IMG/VR virus record: IMGVR_UViG_3300012913_000002
Span: 1-60,874 of that record
Strand: one strand, 5' to 3'
Origin: a virus
Taxonomy: Duplodnaviria; Caudoviricetes
DNA length: 60,874 nucleotides
Shown here piece after piece: positions 47,501 through 57,036 of the stretch; within the stretch, counting starts at the first letter, position 1; each line of letters starts with the position of its first letter. A program made the translations under genes and the position numbers. The notes below the pieces were generated by a model. It saw only the letters and a program-made list of their open reading frames with translations. It did not search any database and was not told the DNA's origin.

Positions 47501-48456
47501 GTGGTTCAGCACGCTGGAGAGGATCGGCCTGGGCAGCGTGCGGCAGCGGGTGTCCTGGCCGTAGTAGGCGCTGATGACGCGGTAACGCTCGGCGAAGGTC
47601 ACCGTCAGGCGATCCTCGTCCTTGCGGTGGATCATCGGCACCTTTTTCGTGAAGATCACGACGTCGGAGGAACGTTCCTCCTGCTCCCAGCCATGCTCCC
47701 TGGCCATCGCCAGGACCTTCTCGCGGCCGGTCATTCCGGCTCCTCCACGACTGCTTCCTCCGGGTCGGGGATGGCGAGGTAGTTGACGACGGAGACGATG
47801 GTGGCCGGGATCGAGTCGGACTCGGTCCACACCTCCGTCATCACGTCGGCCGGTTGAGCGATGTAAATCTCGCAGAACCGGCCGGGACGCTGAAGCAGCA
47901 TCCGCTTGGCGGTGTTCTTGCGCACCGTCCAGTAGTAGTCGTCCGCCGCCGTCAGGATCGGCTCACGATCAAGCGCCATCACTGCCTCGTTTCTCCAGGT
48001 AGTCCACGATGTACCGCACGTCCGGTTCCATCCGGCCCAGGTCGCACCAGGCCTCGCTGATCACCATACCGGCGCGGTCGAAGTAGATGTCCACGAACCG
48101 TGACGGGCTGGCGCGGTGGAAGTGCAGGGTGTCGAACTCGTCGCCGAACGACACCTTCCAGCCAGCGACCTCGCCGCTGGCGATCATGTGCCGCCGATCG
48201 TCCTTCGTGATCATTTTCTGACTCCGTTCCGGCGCAGATGGGCCTTGATGGCCTCGGCCCCGCCCGTGAGGCGGTTGCCGTTGGTCTCGGCGTAGGCGAC
48301 CCGGCCGCTGTTCCAGTCGAACTCCACCCACATGGTGTAGCGGTCGCCGTCATCCAGCCGGTACAGGCTCAGCCCACGCTCGAAGCCCGTGGTGCCGGGC
48401 ACCTGCCTCCAGTCGTACTCGCGGGCAACTTCCAGGATCTCAACTCGCGTCGTCAT
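44591..48456 (-). CDS. Cluster of small hypothetical ORFs, including a divergent paralogue family
   Basis: Coupled short ORFs under promoters at ~45980, ~47057 and ~48490. Confidence 0.5.
47068..47093. terminator. Hairpin terminator
   Basis: TACGCCCCCTC-CGAA-GAGGGGGCGTA (UUCG loop on the minus strand). Confidence 0.7.
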
Positions 48457-48664
48457 GCCAGGAGTCTGACCTCCTTCCCTTCGGTTGTCAAGGACTTGCC
48501 AAGTCTCTGACAAGTGGGTAGAGTCGTGGCATGGACGAACAAGAATTCCTGAAGAACCTGGCCATGATCGTGACCATCGCAATCCTGCTGGCCAGCGGAA
48601 CCGCCTCCCTGCTGTTCATTGCGAACGGTGGCGTGGAGGCCCTGCTGGAATGGATGGCCGGAGC

Positions 48665-49162
48665 ATGACGACGATCCAGGAAGTGAAGAACATGGCCCGG
48701 CCACTGATGGACGCGCACGGCCTGAGCGGGTGGCTGCTGGAGTTCGACAACGCCAAGAACAGGTCGGGGCAGTGCTGGCACCCGCAATGGACAGCAGGCC
48801 GACTTGAGCCGGGCCGGATCAGCCTCAGCCGCCACTTCGTGCGGCTGAATAGCCTGGAACGAATCCGGCTGACGCTGGTCCACGAGATGGCCCACGCCAT
48901 CGTGGGACCGGGTCACAAGCATGACCGGGTGTGGAAGGCGCAGTGCCTGGCACTCGGTGGCGACGGCAAGGCCCGCTTCACCGAGGAAAGCACCGTGCTG
49001 GTGACCGGCAAGTTCACCGGGGTATGCCCCACCGACCCCAAGCACACGTACCAGCGGCACCGGATGACCGACAACATGCGGCGGCGCTCGCTCTACTGCC
49101 GTCACTGCATGACCGCAGGTGACCATGAGCGTGGTCGTCTCACCTGGAGGAGGAACGCATGA
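48665..49162 (+). CDS. SprT-like zinc metalloprotease
   Basis: FDNAKNRSGQC, ISLS, TLVHEMAHA, H..VWK, C-terminal CxxC. Confidence 0.85.
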   Translation: MTTIQEVKNMARPLMDAHGLSGWLLEFDNAKNRSGQCWHPQWTAGRLEPGRISLSRHFVRLNSLERIRLTLVHEMAHAIVGPGHKHDRVWKAQCLALGGDGKARFTEESTVLVTGKFTGVCPTDPKHTYQRHRMTDNMRRRSLYCRHCMTAGDHERGRLTWRRNA

Positions 49163-49516
49163 CCGAACGAGTGGAACTGAACCGCGACGACGCCTACTGG
49201 CTGCTGATGATGACTTACAGCATTCCCACGCTCTACGACCACCAACGGCACCGCCTGGCGCAGATCGAGGGCGAATTGAATGCCCAGCCCCAGCGCGAGG
49301 GTCGCCCGCCTGGCGACCCTGCCGCTTTCGACGTGTACGTGGTGAATGTGGAGTACACCGAAGGCCCGCCGATCGCCATGCGGACCACGCCGGAGGCGGC
49401 CTTCGAGATCGCCAGGGCCTTCAACCTGGCGGGTGGGGAGCGGACGGCCGAAGTGGTCGGCTACCGGTTCGGCGATGTCGGGCCGGGGGTCGCGCTGGAG
49501 ATCCCGGAGTGATCGC

Positions 49517-49548
49517 GCGGGGCGGGGGGCTTCGGTCTCCCGCCCCGC
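49517..49548 (+). terminator. Hairpin terminator
   Basis: GCGGGGCGGGGGGC-TTCG-GTCTCCCGCCCCGC. Confidence 0.7.
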
Positions 49549-49588
49549 TTCAGTTGACAAGCGCTTGTCAAGGTGAGAGTATCTAGAC

Positions 49589-50425
49589 ATGACGACGAAA
49601 ACGAGAGAAATCGAGATCACCCGGGGCGGGACCAGCCGGGTGGGCAAGTTCGGAATGACCGTGACCATGTGCGCGGTGGTCTGCGAGCAATTCTCCTGGG
49701 CCTTTTACGTGAATGCCAAGGATGAATGGTGGGAAGGCTGCGGGAATTGCGAGAACGATTCCGGCTTCAAGCCCTGGCACGCCGGAGTCTATGGCGGCGT
49801 CTGCTTTCAGTGCGGTGGCGTCGGAGTGCGCCGGGTGGCCGGATCGGAGGCCATTCTCCGCCAGATCATCCGCCGCAGAGTTTCCAGCCGCCTCTCCAAA
49901 TTGAATGCGGCGGAAAGGGCCGAGGAAGCGCAACTGGCCCGCGCGGAGGCATATGCAGTTGCCCATCCGAACCTCGCTTCGGACCTGGCGCGCATCCGCG
50001 TCAGCGAGGAACTGGGTGGCAACGTTCTGGCCCGCTTCGCGCTAACGCTGCTGCGTCAGCCGCTCAGTGTGCGGCAGCAGGCCTACGCTGTTTCGCTGCT
50101 CGCTGAGCGAGCGTGGGACGAGGCACACACTAACGCTGACACTGTGGAGGAGCGTTACGTGGGCAACGTTGATGAACGGATCACCGTGTCCGGCAGCGTC
50201 AGCGTTGCGCACTACTGCGCCACCGAACGCTACGACCGCACGTCCACGATGCTGATCGTGGTGAAGACCGCAGCGGGCGCAACGCTGAAGATGAACACCG
50301 CCGCAGCGTGGGCCTTCAACGTCAGCGTTGGCGACGAGATCACCGTCAGCGGCATCGTCAAGAAGCATGAGGAGAACCGGTACGGCAAGCAGACCGTGCT
50401 GACCCGCCCGAAGAAGGAGAAGTGA
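49589..50425 (+). CDS. Zn-finger plus C-terminal OB-fold-like protein
   Basis: CGNC...GVCFQCGG; YVG.VDERITV.G.V...GDEITVSGIVKKHEE..YGKQTVLTRPK. Confidence 0.55.
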   Translation: MTTKTREIEITRGGTSRVGKFGMTVTMCAVVCEQFSWAFYVNAKDEWWEGCGNCENDSGFKPWHAGVYGGVCFQCGGVGVRRVAGSEAILRQIIRRRVSSRLSKLNAAERAEEAQLARAEAYAVAHPNLASDLARIRVSEELGGNVLARFALTLLRQPLSVRQQAYAVSLLAERAWDEAHTNADTVEERYVGNVDERITVSGSVSVAHYCATERYDRTSTMLIVVKTAAGATLKMNTAAAWAFNVSVGDEITVSGIVKKHEENRYGKQTVLTRPKKEK

Positions 50426-50966
50426 TGGAGATCGGCAAGGAGGAGGCGCTGCGCCTGCTGATGCAGACCAGCGACAACAACCAGGCAGCGGGCGGCCGGA
50501 TCGGCGGGCCGTGGGCCAATGAGGGCTACAGCCGGGAGAACGCCCTGGTCATCGCCTCGCGCTGCACCTACTTCCAGCGCATCGAGTGGCAGCGGATGCC
50601 CGCCGTCCGGGCGATCCTGCCCGGCTACGGCGACCACGTCTGGTACCTCAACCTCGACGCACCGAAGGAGGACCCGTGGACCTGATCGATCTGGCGAGGT
50701 TCCTGCTGATGGCCACCATGCTGACCTGGACGGTCGGCACGATCGCCTACATCTCGACGGCCAGGACCAACAGGGAGAGTTGGGCTCGGCTGGCGAAGGC
50801 CGTGCCGATGGCGATCCTGATCCTGGCGCTGATGTGGACGATCAGGTCGTGAACCGGCTGCTGATCGTGGTGCTCTGGCTCGCCTACGCCGCGCTGGCGC
50901 TCGGCCTGGCAGTCGTCAGCCTCCGAATCCCCGGATGAGTATAATTCAGGGTGCTAGAATTATAGA

Positions 50967-51413
50967 ATGACTGAGCCCCTGAAGCGATGCCCCCGCTGTG
51001 ACCAGCGGAAACGCCCCACCGCGTTCTACGTGAACAGGAAGGCCAAGGACGGCCGCTCTTGCTACTGCAAGAGTTGCCAGCAGCAACTGGTGGCTGAACG
51101 GAAGGCGGCCGAACCCGACAAGGTCCGGCTGTCCTCCGTGAAGGCTCACATCAAGCGCAAGTACGCCATGACCTGGGAGGAGTACCTCGACTGGTACAAC
51201 CGGCAGGCCGGGAACTGCAAGATCTGTGGCACGCATTTTCCTCTTCTGATCCTGTACGGACTTCATGTGGATCACTGCCACAAGACCGGCCGGATTCGCG
51301 GCCTGCTCTGCCGGGACTGCAACACCGGCATCGGCCTGCTCAAGGACGACCCGGATCGACTCCAAGCCGCCATCGCGTACCTGAAGCCTGAGATCCCGTC
51401 CGGGGAGAACTAG
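50967..51413 (+). CDS. Recombination endonuclease VII family protein (second copy)
   Basis: QAGNCKICG...LHVDHCHKTGRIRGLLCRDCNTGIG. Confidence 0.85.
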   Translation: MTEPLKRCPRCDQRKRPTAFYVNRKAKDGRSCYCKSCQQQLVAERKAAEPDKVRLSSVKAHIKRKYAMTWEEYLDWYNRQAGNCKICGTHFPLLILYGLHVDHCHKTGRIRGLLCRDCNTGIGLLKDDPDRLQAAIAYLKPEIPSGEN

Positions 51414-51461
51414 TCGAACGATGGACTAGTTCGGACTTGACAGTAGGAGTACGCTCGGCTG

Positions 51462-51590
51462 TGCGGTTCACTTCAAGCGCGACGAGCGTTTCCGGAAGGA
51501 GCGCAGGCCGGACGGGATGCAGTCGGCAGACGCTGGGTGGACCGGGTGGGGCAGGATTGAGGATTCAGTTCCTCTCCTGCCCCACCCTCA
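51462..51590 (+). ncRNA. Candidate structured small RNA
   Basis: ORF-free gap; TACGCT -10-like hexamer at 51450; nested stems and a long terminal hairpin (see findings). Confidence 0.35.
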
Positions 51591-51924
51591 TCTCACCTCG
51601 ACCCACACCGCCGCCGCAGGCCAGCGCACCGGCTCCGGGCGCATCGCCAGATGCTTGTACCGCCACCATTCGGTCTCGGTCACCACGTCCAGCACCAGGG
51701 TCAGGGCCGACGTGCGCAGTTCGCCCCACGCACGGAAGTCGTGGTGACTGCCGGACTCGTTGACGAGGATCAGCCTCCGTCCACGCAGGTTTTCCACCCG
51801 GCCGACCATGTCGGCACGGTCCCAGTGACGCAGCGTGACTGGAGGCAGGGGATCGGGGCGGGTGTCCGGCGACTGGTTCATGGGCGCATTCTCTCCTGTC
51901 AAGCCCAGCCGGAACCAGGATTCT

Positions 51925-52205
51925 GGGTGTCACAAGATCGTTCTAAACGATCTTGGAACGCACTTGACGAGCCCGGCCACTTCGGCTCCGCCTCCAGATC
52001 CGGATGATCTTGTGACGCTCTGGCCAGCATTTTCGGTTGGGTGTCACAGGTGTCACAGCACTTTTATTGGAAATTTTTTGAGAATCCTCACGTGGGCTGA
52101 ATCTGAAGGCTGTGACACCTGTGACACCCAGAGTTGATCAAGGAATTGTGTGACGCAGTTCACACTGGGGTGCATACCAGGCTCAACTAGTGCAAATCGG
52201 ACACA
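51925..52205. other. Putative origin-like element B, homologous to 16560-16790
   Basis: GGGTGTCACAGGTGTCACAGC...T-rich...CCTCACGTGGGCTGAA...GCTGTGACACCTGTGACACCC at 52039-52129. Confidence 0.65.
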
Positions 52206-52259
52206 CCTCGATCTGGGCCTAGTCGACAAGCGCTTGTCAAGTCAACTAGACTGCTGGGC

Positions 52260-53389
52260 ATGAAACCATCGAAAATCGTCACACTCCGTGAGATCCAGTG
52301 GATAGACATCCAGCCGGATGGCCGGGATGTTCCGCGCAGCGGGCATATATGGGCTCCAGCGGCCCCTGTTGCCGGTTCTACGGCCTTCTGGGTAGTCCCC
52401 GGTGTGATGGGCCAGGGAGCAGATTCTGAGCCCGCAGAAGCGATCCTCGTGGCTCGCAGCAGCCGCAGGCACCTGTGTGGCCGGGCTTACCGGATCAGGA
52501 GGCGCTCGGTCACCGGGCAGATGGAGTGGCGGGACATGTGGAACCCCACCGGGGGCCGCTTCGTGGACAAGGGCGAGTGGTTCCGCGAGACCGATCCGCG
52601 CTCACGCTTCAACCGCACCTACCGCCCGCCGAGGCACGCGCCGTTCACGAAGCGGGCGAACGAGGTGGAGTTGAGTCTCTTCGAACAGGTGTGCGAGAAG
52701 GTGGCGGCCGGTGCCGACATCGACTTCACGGTGAAGGCCGCCGACGCGGCCAACGTTGCCGATCTGGCACGCAACGCTGACTCGGACGCAACGCTGTGAG
52801 CCGCGCAGCGTTGCCCCCGGTGCCCGCAACGTTAGGCACCCCGGCCGAGTACGACCACACAACGTTCGCCAGAACGTGGCCCGAGCGTAGACAGACCTAC
52901 GTTGCGCCCACGCTGCCGGAGCCGGTTCAGCGTGCGACCGAGATTAGTGTGGCCGATCCGATGCCACGCAACGCTAAGACGATGGCAACGCTGGGCCACG
53001 CTCGTGGCTGGAGCGTGCGGATCACACACGCTGTCGGCTACGACATGAACAGCGACGGATCGCAGAAGACGCGCGACATCGAGGAGCCGACCGGTGCCAT
53101 GACGCCGGGTGGAAAGAAATCCGCACCGCGTCCGCAGATGCACAAGATCGGCGAGGAACTGCTTCCACCTGCCGAATCGATCCGGGTGATCGTAGTTGCC
53201 CCAGGCAATAAACTGTTCGTGGGCCATTGGAAAAACAATGGCTGGGATTTCGGGCTTATTCTTGACGGGCGGACGCTGGTCAGGAATTGCAATTGGACCC
53301 AGTTGAAGGAGGCGCTCGATGCCGAGGGCCGGGAGGATCTGCGCGACACGCAACTGCCCTTACAAGGCGACGACGGGAAACCGTTGTGA
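52260..53389 (+). CDS. Two hypothetical proteins (52260-52799, 52796-53389)
   Basis: Coupled ORFs after TCGACA-18-TAGACT promoter. Confidence 0.55.
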
Positions 53390-53762
53390 CGAATGCGCGA
53401 AGGAATATGAGGAGAATCGTGGAACGAGACAGAGCCGTGGGTACGACAAGGCTTTCGATGCGGCCAGGAAGAAGGCCGAGCCGAAGGTCGAGACCGGCGA
53501 GGTGGTCTGCTGGCGCTGCGGGGAGAAGATCTCTCGCGGGCAGGAGTGGCACCTCGGCCACCGCGACGACGGATCGATCGGCGGCCCGGAGCACGCACGC
53601 TCCTGCAACCTGCGGGCGGCCGGGCTCAAGACGGCTGGCCGGGACTGGACGCCAGCAGCCGCCAGCGCGCCGCTGTCGCGTGATCTGCGGGCGGCGAGGG
53701 TGATGGCCCAGGCGAAGGCCGAGCGAGCCGCAGAGCGACGGAGGCGGCGTCGTGGCGAATGA
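53319..53762 (+). CDS. HNH endonuclease-like protein
   Basis: CWRCG...WHLGH...GPEHARSCN; GGAGG RBS. Confidence 0.7.
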   Translation: MPRAGRICATRNCPYKATTGNRCDECAKEYEENRGTRQSRGYDKAFDAARKKAEPKVETGEVVCWRCGEKISRGQEWHLGHRDDGSIGGPEHARSCNLRAAGLKTAGRDWTPAAASAPLSRDLRAARVMAQAKAERAAERRRRRRGE

Positions 53763-53979
53763 GGACAAGCGCCGGATCAGGGAACTGCTGGACGAGATCG
53801 AGCAGTTGTCCGGCTGGCGCGTGCGCCGGATAGACGTGTCCGGCAAGCATTCGACGATCTACCCGCCGGACGGCCAGCCGCTCATCAGCGTGCCGAACAG
53901 CCCGAGCGACTGGCGCTGGCGCAAGAATCTGAGATCGCAACTACGCAGGTGCGGCTGGACCGGCACACTGCTCGACTGA
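53752..53979 (+). CDS. HicA-like toxin / dsRBD-fold RNase
   Basis: GWRV...SGKHSTIYPPDG...ISVPNSPSDWR. Confidence 0.6.
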   Translation: MANEDKRRIRELLDEIEQLSGWRVRRIDVSGKHSTIYPPDGQPLISVPNSPSDWRWRKNLRSQLRRCGWTGTLLD

Positions 53980-54020
53980 GAGACTGGCCGGGCTCCTTCG
54001 TAGTGGTGGCGCAGGAAGCG

Positions 54021-54056
54021 CGAAAGGCCCCGACCAGAGTTGGTCGGGGCCTTTCG
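54021..54056. terminator. Bidirectional terminator
   Basis: CGAAAGGCCCCGACCA-GAGT-TGGTCGGGGCCTTTCG between convergent genes. Confidence 0.75.
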
Positions 54057-54496
54057 TTCGTTCAGGTCAGCAGGAGCCGCCCGGACGGGTCGGCTTGCAG
54101 ACGCTGGTGGCCGACGCGGGCGCGGCCGACACGGCGACCATGCCGAGGACGGCGGAACCGGCGAGCAGGATGGTGGCGATCTTGTTCATGCGGGATGCAC
54201 TCCTTGTGTTGGTGGAGTCCCAATTGTCCCACAAGATCACCACCACGGGTCCTCCTGCGCCCACTTTTCCAGCGTCTTCCGATCGGTCGGATACGGGCGC
54301 AGCGGATGCTCGGCCAGGTCGCGCTCGGCCTGCTCCCTGGTGGGAGCGTCGTCCGGGTAGCGGTCGATCATGATCTTCCTAACCGTTGTAGGGATTGTCC
54401 TCTTCGACGTAGTACGGGGACTCCTCGCAGGTCGAGTCCTCGCAGTCGCCCTGGTCGTCCAGTTCGTTGCCGCAGGCCGGGCAGTCCTCCTTCGGC

Positions 54497-54811
54497 TCAG
54501 TCACGGTCCAGTCCCCACGCCTCGCGCACCAGGTACTGATGGCGGGTGATGCTCGGGCCGTAAAGCGTCTCGACGACGACATCGCTGCCGTCGTTGCACA
54601 CCCAGCCGATCGGAGTGCCGTAGGACAGGACCAGGTAGGCGATTCCGTACGTGTGAGCGTCGGCGTAGTAGTGCGTCGCGTCCGTCGAATGCCAGAGAGG
54701 CGTGGGGGCCTTGAAGTACTTGCCCTTGTCCTCGGGGGCGAACCCCTTGAGTCCGTCGATCTCGATCGGCTCGCCGTTGCGGATCTTCTGTGCGGCGTCG
54801 CGGATGTCCAT
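54497..54811 (-). CDS. Hypothetical protein, paralogue of 56644-56964
   Basis: YGIAYLVLSYGTPIGW...YGPSITRHQ. Confidence 0.6.
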   Translation of the reverse strand: MDIRDAAQKIRNGEPIEIDGLKGFAPEDKGKYFKAPTPLWHSTDATHYYADAHTYGIAYLVLSYGTPIGWVCNDGSDVVVETLYGPSITRHQYLVREAWGLDRD

Positions 54812-55182
54812 CAGTTGATCTTCTCCTCGATGTGCGCCGGGTCGATGCCGAGCGCGTGGCAGATGGCGTTGATCTTGGCTTCGGTCTCCTCCGCCTCCTC
54901 GTGGGTCCAGGAGTCCGGCAACAGCCAGGCCACGAAGTGCGCGGCCAGCGCGATCGTGAGCAGGAAACTGCTGACCATCCCGTAGACGGCGATCCAGCGA
55001 GCGGTCGCGTTGATCGGCGGCAGATTGCCGTAGCCGACCGTGGTGGCGGTCTGCACGATCCAGTCGACCGCGAGCCCGCCCTCCAGGTTGTTGGTCCTGC
55101 TGTAGGCGACGGCGCAGATCACCGAGTTGATGATCATGATCAGGGCCACTGCCCGGCCGGACCGGGCGATCCGCTCGATCAT
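54811..55182 (-). CDS. Miniature 2-TM potassium channel (KcsA/Ion_trans_2-like)
   Basis: TM1, pore helix DWIVQTAT, selectivity filter TTVGYG, NLPP, TM2; 123 aa. Confidence 0.85.
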   Translation of the reverse strand: MIERIARSGRAVALIMIINSVICAVAYSRTNNLEGGLAVDWIVQTATTVGYGNLPPINATARWIAVYGMVSSFLLTIALAAHFVAWLLPDSWTHEEAEETEAKINAICHALGIDPAHIEEKIN

Positions 55183-56643
55183 GATGCGTTCTCCTTCATC
55201 CAGGTGCGGATGGCGGCCAGGGTGGGCGAGAGGAATTGCTCATCACCAATCGGCGTGCCGTAGTAGGCAGTGACCACGGAATGGATCTTGCTTTCGTCGT
55301 AGGTCAGGTAGACCCACATCATCGGGGTGCCCTCGCCAGCGCCCCGGATCAGCCGGATCGACCTGTCGTTCGAGTAGAGCAGTACACGCTTGGTGAACTC
55401 GAACTCCTTGGCCAGGGCGAGCACTTCGTCGCGGACGGTCATCAGGCACGCTCCAGTTCGCTCGGCTTGTAGTCGCCGAGCGTGCGGTCGTTGGCGTCGA
55501 CCACGCCGACCTCGTACTGCAAGCCGACGAACGGCAGCACGTAGCCGTAGATCCCGTCCACCGTGCCGGTGGCCTCCCTGCCTGCGAACGGCGTGCCGTC
55601 CTTCTGCTTGACCGTGCTGCCGATCGGGAACGCGGCCAGCACTTCGTCTCTCGTCACAACGTTTCTCCTTCGGGCCAGTAGGACGCGGGGAGGCTCATCG
55701 CCATCGCCGCGATGATCTCGATGCCGTCCACCAGGATCGGCTGTTCCTTGCCGTCTTCGAGCAGCCAGTACTTGGCGTTCAACTCGAACGGCTTCTCGGG
55801 TTCCGGGTCGAACAGGTCGCTGGTTGCCATCAGGTGACCTTCCAGTCGGAGCCGACCGGGCGGATGTTGCCGGGCGTGGCCCGCATCGTCCAGCCCTTGC
55901 TGATCACCTTGGACTTCTGGCCCTTGGTGTTGGTGTCGCTGGTGACGGTGCCCATGACGCCGCAGTTGCCGAGGGTGTCGCGGCTGTTCCAGTCCTGGTG
56001 GTCGAGCGTGAAGGCGATCCACTGGCCGGAGCCGTAGGACACTTCGACGTATCGGGTCTGCTCGATCAGCGCCTTCTCGCGGGCGTTGAAGTACTTGCGG
56101 TTAGGCATCGCAGGTCTCTTTTCCGTTCGTGGCGTGATACCAGGCGAACAACCTGGCGGGGTTCTCGTTGTCGACGGTCGCCCGGATCTCTCCGGTGCAG
56201 CCGTCGCACTCGGCGGTGGCGTAGGCGCTGGATGGTTTCGGCGTTGCCTTCATGTCTTGATACTCTCACCTTGTCAAGCGATTGTCAACTGATTGTCTAC
56301 TACCGGTGCCAGCCAATCGACTGGCACCGTCTGTGTCACCAGAAGATGTCGACCACGTACCGGCCCGGCTGGATGTGGCCGTTCGCCGCGAGCCAGGCGA
56401 ACATGGTTGACGGGTGCGGATATTCGTTTTCGAAGTCGAGGAACGACTTCATCTTCTTGGCGTCGTACTCGTCGAGCGGCTTGCCGTTCGGCAAGAATTC
56501 GTGCTGCTCGTAGTTGCCGTACTCGCCAGCGGCGATCACGCTCCATTCACGTCCGGTCAACTCCTGGACGTACTGATCCAGGTCGATGTAGTCCACCTGC
56601 TGGCTGATGGTCGTCTTCACTTTCAATGGCATCGCAGGTCTCC

Positions 56644-56964
56644 TCAGAGGAACTCGCGCCAGGCGTTCTTGACTGCGTACTGATGCTGGGTGGTGGTGGG
56701 TGAGTAGATGACGTCCGGGCAGCGGCGCACGTCCGGGTTCCCGGTGCTCCAGGCGATCGGCGTGTCGTACGACAGGACCAGGTAGCGGATGCCGTACTTC
56801 TCGGCGTCCGCGAAGTACTGATCCTGCGCGCTTTTCGGCATCTCGCCGACGTACTGGTACTTGCCGTCGCTGTGCGGCAGGATCGCCCGCAGGTTGTTGG
56901 CGTCGAACGTGCTCAGGTTGTGGATGTAGTCGTTCGCGTCCCGGACGAGGATGCGCTGGCTCAT
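56644..56964 (-). CDS. Hypothetical protein, paralogue of 54497-54811
   Basis: YGIRYLVLSYDTPIAW...YSPTTTQHQ. Confidence 0.6.
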   Translation of the reverse strand: MSQRILVRDANDYIHNLSTFDANNLRAILPHSDGKYQYVGEMPKSAQDQYFADAEKYGIRYLVLSYDTPIAWSTGNPDVRRCPDVIYSPTTTQHQYAVKNAWREFL

Positions 56965-56980
56965 GATCTTGCCTTTCGCC

Positions 56981-57036
56981 GTGCCCAAGCGGGCTGTGGT
57001 TGGTTACTACTGCCGGGCGACTTGTGCCGCCCGGCA
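56981..57036 (-). repeat. Intergenic hairpin cassette copy 1 (56 bp identical to 58307-58362)
   Basis: GTGCCCAAGCGGGCTGTGGTTGGTTACTACTGCCGGGCGACTTGTGCCGCCCGGCA. Confidence 0.9.

Noticed and set aside
51488-51507. SRP RNA-like TCCGGAAGGA motif
   Set aside because: The flanking CAGG/AGCA internal loop of SRP helix 8 is not correctly placed, so it is treated only as a GNRA hairpin within the candidate sRNA.
52751-52992. GCAACGYT cluster as a TraB clt locus
   Set aside because: clt repeats are direct and non-coding and are read by a C-terminal wHTH that the FtsK fusion appears to lack. It is kept only as an unexplained binding-site array.
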